The position numbers and the translations under genes were made by a program. A stretch of DNA of 64,000 nucleotides, taken from NCBI RefSeq assembly GCF_009914755.1, contig NC_060930.1. One strand, given 5' to 3'. Positions 53,255 through 64,000 of this stretch are shown here, one piece after another (positions within the stretch are counted from its first letter, which is position 1; each line of letters opens with the position of its first letter). The DNA is from the human T2T-CHM13v2.0 reference genome, Homo sapiens. The notes beneath the pieces were generated by a model. The model saw only the letters and a program-made list of their open reading frames with translations, had not been told where the DNA came from and ran no database searches.

Positions 53255-53469
53255 CTGGGGCACCAAGGGAAGACAGAGTTATAAGGTACAGAGAGCAGGG
53301 GCTGGCCTTGGATGTGGGAGGTGTTGGGTATTCGAAACCATGAGATGGTGAAATTTGGATAAAGTGACCATAAAACATGGGATTGAGGAAGGCAGGTGCT
53401 GAGGGGCGATGGGCCCAGGAAATAAAGGTGGTGCCAAGGCCGTGAGGGCAGAGGGAGGGCGCTCCATAC

Positions 53470-53751
53470 CCCAGTGCCTGAGGAGAGGCTGGTGCAGGCC
53501 CCAGTGCTCCCCCTGGAGGTCACAGGTGTCCTCGGCCATGGGAACGAGGGTCAGATAGTGGAACCTGTGTAATCTGAGTTTCTTGCTGGGCAGGAAGATG
53601 GTCTCTGCAATACCCTCAATGACTGGCTCCCCATTGCGCAGCCACGTGATGTTCAGCACTGGTGGGAAGAACTTGTCAACATGGCAGACGAGGGTGTTGG
53701 GCTGGCCCAGATCCACAGGCTCCTTGGGAAAGACGCTTACCTCGGTGGGGG
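53470..53751 (-). pseudogene. HLA-DPA2: HLA-DPA2 exon 3 homolog
   Basis: 282 nt, colinear with DPA1 exon 3; [24 protein letters not shown]...EDTCDLQGEHW. Confidence 0.96.
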
Positions 53752-54105
53752 CTCCAAAAGGGGATAGAACCCAAGGAGCCTACTGCCATTGGCTGATTCT
53801 TAAAGGTTCCACCACCCCAAGTCCTATATTCACCAGATTAGGGGCCACCTCTCCCAGGCCCATCCTCCTGCTCCCCTAGGGCTCCTGGACAGGGTCACAG
53901 CTTCTCGTGCTCCTGACCTGGCCCCCTCAGCCCAGCCTTTCTCTTGAGTAAGAAGAAAATGCCTCCTCCTCTGCTGTCCTAAGAACCCAGCTGTGTGGAC
54001 CCAAGATTTCTCGCTCTCAGGGAAGGGGCTCATTCATGAGTGGGCATCATGGCCTCTAGTTCTATGTGTGGCAGAGAGGCCCTCCCATCCCTCCAGCTGG
54101 ACTCT

Positions 54106-54327
54106 AGAGGAACAGGCAGCTATAGGCAGTGCCATTTGTGGCCCAAGTCTGTTTGGACCATTGATCCGGGTGTTCAAGTGCTTCCTTGCCATGACGATGC
54201 CAGCAATACCCCTCTGAGAGGAACAGGCAGCTATAGGCAGTGCCATTTGTGGCCCAAGTCTGTTTGGACCATTGATCCGGGTGTTCAAGTGCTTCCTTGC
54301 CATGACGATGCCAGCAATACCCCTCTG
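54106..54327. repeat. Perfect 111-bp tandem duplication
   Basis: 54106-54216 is identical to 54217-54327; the 37-aa repeat is visible in ORF 54034-54480. Confidence 0.98.
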
Positions 54328-54488
54328 AGCACCAAAGTCAAAGGTGTGAATAAACTCTGGTAGAGGCCAGACCATCTCCTTCTCATCCAGGTTCACGTAG
54401 AACTGCTCCTCCTCATCAAATTCAAACATATACTCCCCAGAGGGTCTGTGCGTCTGCACAAACTCCGCATATGTTGACACATGGTCTG
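54244..54488 (-). pseudogene. HLA-DPA2: HLA-DPA2 exon 2 homolog
   Basis: 245 nt (1-nt deletion relative to DPA1), donor GC instead of GT; [31 protein letters not shown]. Confidence 0.96.
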
Positions 54489-57019
54489 CTGCATGAAGGA
54501 GAAGATGGAGAATGGGTGAATACGTAGGATGCTACACAGAATGCAGGAAGCAAACAGGTAACAGGAAGGTTATTGGGAACATGAAGGAATAACACAGAAA
54601 ATGAGAAATGCAAATGAAAGAAAAGAAAAGGAGTGAGAAGAAACAAAGACAGAAATGACCCATGGACGATATAGGTTGTTTCCCTTGTCCCTGAAGACTT
54701 AACATCCGTCTATGATAATGGTAATGCTGAATACAGTAAGATAATATTTATTGGGCACTTACTATGTGCTAAACTTACTCATTGAATCTTCACACCCCCA
54801 TGTAGAAGAACTTATTTTCCATAGTAGGGAACTGACCCCAGAGGTAAAGTAACTTGTCCAAGTCACACAACTCCTGGTAGAAACAATATTGAGTAGTCCT
54901 CCTACCTCATTCCTGTAGGATCTCAGAAACCCTACAGGACAATACATTAAAAATTACTGATATAGCCATAAAGCAAGGCAGGGAAGTGGAAGGATGGAAT
55001 AAATATTTCAGAGTGGAACAAAATCGTGAAGGACATGAAAATACCTCCAGAGTCTTAGTGACATTTATAGACTTCAAGTTACATTCTTACTTTTAGAAGA
55101 AAAATGATACCTTCTATAATTTTATCCACAACACTTACATTTTAGGCAGAGTAAATTTAAAAGTATTATCATTCACATAACATTCACAAAATTGTCTTGT
55201 GGAGTGTAGTTTTCAAGTGTAGTTTCACCTGGAAATACAAGTTGTTGGCATTTGAAAGACCTATGGGATAGTATCTTAGCTTTACCTGATACATAAGAAG
55301 CAGCAACTGGTTGATAACAAAAAGTGAATTATTATTACAGTGAATTACAGAGAGTTTAGGGTTCGGCCTGGAAGAGGAAGTGAAGCCAAATGACACTGCA
55401 TGGTTGGTGGTCCCTAAGTGAGGATTTCCCCTCCCAGCCCAGCATGGGGAGAACCAGTCCTCTACTTAGATGCATAGTGTGACAGCAGGTTCAGTGCCGC
55501 ACACGGATGGTGAGGGTCCCCCACTGAGTTTAGGGTCTAGAGGATTACTCACCTACAGAAATGAATCCCAAAGGAAAAAGAAAAATACATGGTGTATAGA
55601 CTGGGCTACACAGATGTAATTGGTTCAGCTTAGGTTACTTTGTATTTATTATATTTACAAAATCTGAAAACTAAAGGTTGGCACATTTTGAAGCAAATTC
55701 CACACTTCAAATGTTAATTTTCATTCAGTTAATAAATGCTTTTTGTGAACTTTCACTCTCTAGGTAATAAGGATGAAACTCTAAAGATGGGAACTTTGTC
55801 CTTAATCTACTTGAAATTCAAGAATAAAACAGACAAAGAAAAGATGATTGCTACATGTGTGGTTTGATCACCACTGAGTATCACAAGGTATACACAAGAG
55901 CTACTCAGGAGCAAAATTAAAATACGATTTAGGAAAGGTTCCTAGGGACAGTGTTCACCTGCAGATAGCAAAACAGAGAAAGGGGAAATGGCATTTCCAG
56001 CAGGAGAAGCAGGCTCAGGAGCAGAGAGGCATGAAGTTGCAAGGAGAACTGCAGTTCTTCAGTGTGACTGAAGCCAGGGGAGATGTGGGCCAGGCAGCAC
56101 TGTAACCTGCCTTGTGTGCTGATGGCAAGTGTTTGCATTTTATCCCACAGGACATAGGAAGTTGTGAAGTATCTTAAGCAGGAGAGTAACACGGTCAGAT
56201 TTGTGTTTGGATGGGGCACCTGTAGGAAGGATGGGCTGGAGGAGGCGGGACTCAAGGCAAGACCAGTAGCACTTTTAAGCCCTCTGGTGGGAAGTAATGA
56301 AGGCGTAGGCCAGGGCAGGAACATGGGGTGAGGAGGACAGCAGATGGATTTGATGGCAGTAATGACATGAGAGGCCACAGGAATCACTAAATCACATGCC
56401 AGAAGTAGGGATATGAAGAAGTCGAGAATAACCACGCAACGTGGAGAATTGTGGCATCCGTGCCTGCAAAGGTGATAATTAAGTGATTGAGAGAAGGTAA
56501 AATTTTCTGTTTGAGACATACTGAATTTAAACTTCTAGGGGAAAACATACAGTTGATTTGAAGGCAGTGAAATAAATGGATGAGTGTCATGCTACATTAG
56601 GTTAGTGACATAAACTGGAAGGAGGCTCATGGTGGGTGAAGTTCTAATTTTGGGTCAGGTCACTCAAGAAAAGTACACAAAGTCAGGATAGCAGGGATCT
56701 GAGTGTGTGCTCCTGCATCCAGACAAACACAGACATGAAGAAAGAGGCTGAAAAGCAGAGGACTAGAAATTGGTAGGAAAACAGAGAGGAAGTGGGTTCA
56801 TAAAAGACAAGAGACAGGAGAAAACTTCCAGGAAAGAGGAGAGGGGGCATCTCAAACACACTAATGACACACATAAGACAGAAACAGAACAGTGACCACT
56901 GGCTTGAGTTGTATAAAAGTCATTAGTTGCCACCCTGAGAGGAGCATCAGAGATGAGGGAAAGAAAAAGAGAGAGTACATTGGGTTGAGGACTGAATGAA
57001 ATGGGAGAAAATCGATAAT

Positions 57020-57145
57020 AGGCTGGGCACAGTGGCCCATACCTGTAATCTCAGTGATTTGAGAGGCCGAGACAGGAGGATCACTTGAGGCCAGGAGTTT
57101 GAAAGCAGCCTAGGAAACATAGTGAGAGTCCATCTCTAAGAAAAC
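57020..57145 (+). mobile_element. Alu monomer (FLAM-like)
   Basis: GGCTGGGCACAGTGGCCC...CATCTCTAAGAAAA, single arm. Confidence 0.85.
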
Positions 57146-57654
57146 AATTTTGGATTCCCTGCCTTCCATGAGCAACACAGCAAACATAAGCTCTGCAGAT
57201 GTGCTCAGACTTGAGCCTGACTCACTGAAGAGAGTGTGGTGCTGCCAGGCCTCAGACACCAGATTATAATCAACCTCTTCCCAGGCCCTGCACAGGAGAG
57301 GCCCACTCTGTGGGGCATACAGTGCCCAGGGGTGGTACAGGCCCTGCAGAGACCACAGACTGTTCACCTGACAAGAAATATCTTGAGGAACTCACTTCAC
57401 AGATCCCTCAAGAAAGGAACCACTGCAGGAGAATACCCAGAAAATCGAAAGAATTCACAGATCCTTTTAAAGAAGGGAGGGGCCACTGCAAACTCCACCA
57501 GACAAGTGAAAAACTGTGCGTTCCCAAAGCGTGAGAGGGGAAAAACCTGCCTCCGGACCCATGTCCCCACTGGGGAACTCGAAAATCCAGATTACAGGAA
57601 AAGGATTTAACTTTACCTAGACCTGAAACAGATTTAGCATGAAATACAAAAGTA

Positions 57655-58047
<393 letters not shown>

Positions 58048-61000
58048 TCACAAGGGCCCTGGGGGAAGGCAGACGGCAAAATTTGGAAGGGGTCACAGTG
58101 TGAAAGGAGCGTCCAACTGAAATTTGTTATAATTCTGACTGGGCACAAATCCTCTGGAGCAGAATCTGGGGGCGAACGGAACTGCTGGAGAAAGAGCAGA
58201 AGTTACTGCCAACATTGTGGGCAGACAGGGAGGCACATGGCCTGAAAGCTGTGCTTGCTTTCTCAGCAGGAAACTTATAGCCTGGAGTGAGGTCTGAGTC
58301 CATCCTGAAGGCTGCAGGGAGATAAATTCAATGCTGTTAGTGTGGCACAGCAGGAGCAAAACCTGCCTCGCCAACTGCATGGGAGCTGGGTGAAGCCTAT
58401 TGCTACCAGGTTTCCCCTACTTCTCTGGTGACAGAGGCAGCCATAATGCCCTCTGGAACATAATTCCATTGGCTGGAGAAAAACCCTCCGCCCCATCCCT
58501 CACAGTGGCTGCCGCAAGCCCCCCGCCCGAGGAGAGTCTGAGCTCAGACCTGCCTAACCCTGTCCACACCTGAGGGCATTTCTCTACCCACCTGGTAGCC
58601 AATCACAAAAGACGTAAACTCTTGGGAGCTTTATGACACCACTCATTGCCTGAGAAACTGAATATTTATCTTGGCCAACTTAGGGCAAGCTTATATCCAC
58701 CTTCTACTATTGTAGCTGGTGCCCTCTTGAAAGCACCACATCCTGGCTGGAGGCCAACCAACTCAGGACATTACAACAATTCACGACAGAATAACTGCTC
58801 TAAGAAAGGAGAAAACAGCTAATTCCACTGGCTGAAAAATCTTGACTAACCAGTGGTCTTCGGTCTGTTCACATGACAACTGCACTGCTAGCATAACCAG
58901 CATTTGAGAAAGCCACCACACTAAGTCTATCTACAACCAAGGATTCTCACAGAGTCTACTTCACTCCCCTACCACCTCCACACTGGACCCCAGCAATAGA
59001 TCCAAACTAAGAAGAAATCTCTGAATTGCTAGATAGAGAATTCAGAAGGTTGATTTTAAGCTACTCAAAAAGATACCAGAGAAAGGTGAAAAACAACTTA
59101 AATAAATTTTTTAAAAACACAGGATATGGATTAAAAATGCCCCAGGGACGTAGATATCATAAAGAAGAAACAATCCAACTTCTGGAAATGAAAGACACAC
59201 TTAGAGAAATACAAAATGCACTGGAAAGTTTCAACAATAGGATCCAACAAGTAGAAGAAAGAACTTCATAGCTCAAACAACAAGCCTTTCGAATTAACCC
59301 AGTCAGACAAAGACAAAGAAAAAAGAACTTTAATAAATAAACAAAGCCTCCAAGAAATTTGGGATTATGTTAAATGACCTAAGAATGATTGGCATTCTTG
59401 AGGAAGAACAAAAATCTAAAAGTTTGGAAAACATATTTGAGGGAATAATCAAGGAAAACTTCCCTGGCCTCGCTAGAGATCTACACAACCAAATACAAGA
59501 AGCTCAAAGACCACCTGGGAAATTTATCACAGAAAGATTATCGCCCAGGCACATAGTCATCAGGTTATCTAAAGTCAGGACAAAGGAAAGAATCTTAAGA
59601 GCTGTGAGGCAAAAGCATCAGGTAACCTATAAAGGAAAACCTATCAGATTAACAGCAGCCTATAAGCCAGAAAAGACTGGGGTCTTATCTTTAGCCTCCT
59701 CAAACAAAATAATTTCCAGGCAAGAATTTTGTATCCAGCAAAACTAAGCGTCATAAATGAAGGAGAGATAAAGTCTTTTTCAGACAAACAAATGCTGAGA
59801 GACTTCACCGCTACCAATCCAGCACTACACAAAATGCTAAAAGGAGTTCTAAGTCTTCAAACAAAACTCCAAAATACACCAAAATAGAACCTCCTTAAAG
59901 CATAAATCTCACAGGGCCTATAAAACAGTAATGCAAAGGAAAAAAATAAGGAATTCAGGCAACAACTAGCATGAGAAATAGAACAGTACTTCACATCTCA
60001 ATATTAACACTCTCCACTTAAAAGATACAGAATGGCAGGAAGGATAAAAATTCAGCAACCAAGTATCTTCAGTCTTCAAGAGTCATCTAATGTGTAAGGA
60101 CTCACAAAAACTTAAGGTAAAGGAGTGGAAAAAGATATTCCATACAAATGGAAAACAAAAGCAAGCAAGAGTAGCTATTCTTATATCAGTCAAAACAGAT
60201 TTTAAAGCAACAACAGTTAAAAAAGACAAAGAGGGACATTATACAATGATAAAAGGATAACTCCAACAGGAAAATATCACAATCCTAAACATATATGCAC
60301 CTAACATGGGAGCTTCCAAATTTATAAAACAATTATTACTAGACATGAGAAATGAGATAGACAGCAACACAATAATAGTGGGGACTTCAATACTCCACTG
60401 ACAGTACTAGAAAGTCATCAAGACAGAAAGTCAACAATGAAACAATGGACTTAAGTTACACTAGAAGAAATAAACTTAACAGATATTTACAGAACATTCT
60501 ACTCAACAACTGTAGAATATACATTCTTCTCATCAGCACATGAAACATCCTCCAAGATAGACCACATAATAGGCCACAAAACAAGCCTCAACAAATTTAA
60601 GGTAATCAAAATTATATCAAGTCCCCTCTCAGACCACAGTGGAATAAAATTGGAAATTAACTCCAAAAGAAACCTTCAAAACTATACAAATACATGGAAA
60701 TTAAATAATTTGCTCCTGAATGATCTTTGGGTCAACAGTGAAATCAAGATGCAAAATTCTCTGAACTGAATGATAATAGTGACACAACTTGTGAAAACCA
60801 CTCGGACACAGTAAAAACAGTCCTAAGAGGAAAGTTCATAGCATTAAATGCCTATATCAAAAAGTCTGAAAGAGCACAAATACAAAATGTAAAGTCACAC
60901 CTCAAGGAACTAGAGAAACAAGAACAAACCAAACCCAAACCCAGCAGAAGAAAAGAAATAACAAAGAGAGCAGAAGTAAATGAAATTGAAACAAAAAAAT

Positions 61001-62230
61001 ACAAAAGATAAATGAAACATGAAGCTGATTCTTTGAAACGATACATAAAATTGATAGACCATTAGTGAGATTAACCAAGAAAAGAGAGGATCCAAATAAC
61101 CTCAATTAGAAACAAAATGGAAGAAAATGCCACTGATATTACAGAAATATAAAATATCATTCAAGGCTAATATGAACACATTCACAGGCACAAACTAGAA
61201 AACCTAGAGAAGACAGATTCCTGGAAATATACAACCCTCCTAGAATAAATCAGGAAGAAATAGAAACTGTGAACAGACCAATAAAAAGCAGAAAGATTGA
61301 AATGGTAATTTTTAAAAAACTGCCAACGATAAAAAATCACAGATTCACATGGACTCACAGCTGAATTCAATCAGACATTCAAAGAAGAGAATTGGTACCA
61401 ATCCTACTGAAACTATTCCAAAACAGAGAAGGAGAGAATCCTCCCTAAATTATTCTATGAAGCCAGGATCGCCCTAATACCAAAACCAGGAAAGGACATA
61501 ATAAAAAAGAAAACTACAGACCAATATCTCTGATGAAAATAGATGCAAAAATCCTCAACAAAATACAAGCTAACATAATCCAACAGCATATCAAAAAGAT
61601 CATACATGGTGATAAATTGGGTTTCATGCCAGGGATGCAAGGATGATTTAATACACACAAGTCAATAAATGTGATAGATCACATAAACAGATTTGAAAAC
61701 AAAAATCATATGATCTCAATAGATGCAGAAAAAGCATTTGACAAAATCCATCATCGCTTTTTTATTAAAACCCTCAGCAAACTTGACATACAAAGATCAT
61801 AACTTAAGGTAATAAAAACCATCTATGACAAACCCACAGCCGACCTTATACTGAACGGGGAAAAGTTCAAAGCATACCCCCTGAGAACTGGAACAAGATA
61901 AGGATGCCCACTCTCACCACTTCTATTCAACATAGTACTGGAAATCCTAGCCAGAGCAATCAGACAAATCAGTAAATAGGAAGTCAAACTGTCACTGTTC
62001 ACCAATGATATGACTGTATACCTAGAAAACCATAAATACTTATCCAAAAAGCTCCTAGATCTGATAAATGAATTCAGTAAAGTTTCAGGATACAAAATCA
62101 ATGTACACAAATCTGTAGCACTGCCATATACTAACAGTGACCAAGCTGAGAATTAAATCAAGAACTCAACCCCTTTTATAGTAGCTGCAAAAAAATAAAA
62201 TACTTAGGAATATACCTAACCAAGGAGGTT

Positions 62231-63196
62231 TACTGGGGGAACCAGCCCCCAATATTTCAAAGTATGTTCTTTTCTATTTTCCCTAAGTGTGGGCCAGTCT
62301 GAGAAATAAAGAGAAAGAGTACAAAAGAGAGAAATTTACAGCTGGGTCTCCGGGGGTGATATCACATGTCAGCAGGTTCCATGATGCCCACCTGAGCCGC
62401 AAAACCAGCAAGTTTTTATTATGGATTTCAAAAGGGGTGGGGGTCTATGAATAGGGAATGGGTCACAGGGATCACATGCTTCAGAGGGCAGTAAAAGATC
62501 ACAAGGCAGAGGGCAAAACTAGAATCACTGATGAGGTTCCACATCCCGCTGGGCACACATTGTCATTGATAAACATCTTAACAGGAAACAGGGTTCGAGA
62601 GCAGAGAACCAGTATGACTAGAATTTGCCAGGCTGGAATTTCCTAATCCTAGCAAGCCTGAGGGCACTGCAGGAGACCAGGGCATATTTCATCCCTTATC
62701 TTCAACCATGTAATTCAGACACTCCCAGAGTGGCCATTTTAGAGACCTCCCCCGGGAATGCATTCTTTTCCCAGGGCTATTCCTTGCTGACAAAAGAATT
62801 CAGCGATATTTCTCCTATTTGCTTTTGCAAGAAGAGAAATATGACTCTGTTCTGCCTGGCCCTGCAGGCAGTCAGACCTTATGGTTATCTCCCTTGTTCC
62901 CTGAAAATTGCTGTTATCCTGTTCTTTTCAAGGTGCCCAGTTTTCATATTGTTCAAACACACATGCTTTACAAACAATTTATGCAGTTAACGCAATCATC
63001 ACAGGGTCCTGAGGTGACATACATCTTCAGCTTACAAAGATGACAGGATTAAGAGATTAAAGTAAAGACAGGCATAGGAAGTTATAAGAGTATTGATTGG
63101 GGAAGTGATAAATGTCCATGAAATCTTCACAATTTATGTTCTTCCACTGTGGCTTCAGCCGGTCCCTCCATTCAGGGTCCCTGACTTCCCGCAATA
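62231..63196 (-). mobile_element. Solo MER11 LTR (HERV-K11/HML-8)
   Basis: Reverse complement starts TATTGCGGGAAGTCAGGGACCC; 6-bp TSD GAGGTT (62225-62230, 63197-63202) within L1 ORF2. Confidence 0.9.
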
Positions 63197-64000
63197 GAGG
63201 TTAAACACCTGTACGAGGAAAATTAAAAACACTGCCGAAAGAAATTATAGATGACACTAACAAGTAGAACCACGTCCCATGCTCATGGAAGGGTAGAATC
63301 AACATTGTGAAAATGACCATACTGCCAAAAGCAATCTACAAATTCAATGCAATCCCCATCAAAATGCCATCATCATTCTTTACAGAGCTAGAAAAAAACA
63401 ATCCTAAAATTCATATGGAACTACAAAAGAGCCCACATAGCCAAAGTAAGATTAAGCAAAACGAATAAATCTGGAGCATCACATTACCTGACTTCAAAAT
63501 ATACTGCAAGGCTATAGTCACCAAAACAGCATGGGAATGGTATAAAAACAGGCACATAGACAAATTGAACAGAATAGAAGTCCCAGAAATAAAACCAAAT
63601 ACTTACAGCCAACTGATCAAACAAAAACATAAAGTGGGGAAAGGACAGCGTATTCAACAGATGGTACTGGGGAAATTGGCAGTCCACATGCAGAAGAATT
63701 AAACTGGATCCTCATCTCTCACCTTATACAAAAATCAACTCAAGGTAGATCAAAGACTTAAATCTAAGACCTGAAACCATAAAAATTCTAGAACATTGGA
63801 AAAACTCTTCTAGACATTGGCATAGGCAAAGAGTTCATGACCAAGAACCCAAAAGCAAATGCAAAAGAAACAAGATAAATAGATGGGACCTAATTAAACT
63901 AAAAAGTTTCTTCAAAGGAAAAGAAATAATCATCAGAGTAAACAGCCCACAGAGTGGGAGAAAATATTCGCAAGCTATACATACAAAAAAGGACTAATAT

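Noticed and set aside
55929-56519. 196-aa minus-strand ORF
   Set aside because: Lies in decayed L2-like intronic sequence with no protein motif.
57150-57410. Unassigned GC-moderate segment with open frames before the L1 5'UTR
   Set aside because: Could not be identified as DPA2 exon 1 or any known gene; no supportable call.

Overview
Human genomic DNA from the MHC class II HLA-DP region (chr6p21.3), not prokaryotic. The window holds the complete divergent gene pair HLA-DPA1 (minus strand, 260 aa, DPA1*01:03-type exon 2) and HLA-DPB1 (plus strand, 258 aa, DPB1*04:01-type exon 2), each with an SXY promoter. It also holds exons 2-4 and a probable exon-5 remnant of the HLA-DPA2 pseudogene, and the processed pseudogene RPL32P1 in DPB1 intron 1. 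The first 25 kb and last 7 kb are mostly nested retroelements: old L1M/L1PB/L1PA, Alus, THE1, MST, MER57/93-like and MER11 LTRs, a decayed HERV-K(HML-5)/LTR22 provirus with a tRNA-Met PBS, and a full-length SVA. I found no new gene system. The most notable details read directly from the sequence are: (1) the provirus 3' LTR is replaced by a 137-bp inverted copy of its own integrase; (2) a TSD-flanked mRNA 3'UTR retrocopy (YTHDF1-like by recall) is split by the SVA; (3) a 21-nt inverted templated insertion sits inside a DPB1 intron-2 Alu; (4) DPA2 exon 2 carries a perfect 111-bp tandem duplication; (5) a DPA2 last-exon remnant lies antisense inside the long DPB1 3'UTR. Repeat subfamily names and SNP identities are from recall and need database confirmation.
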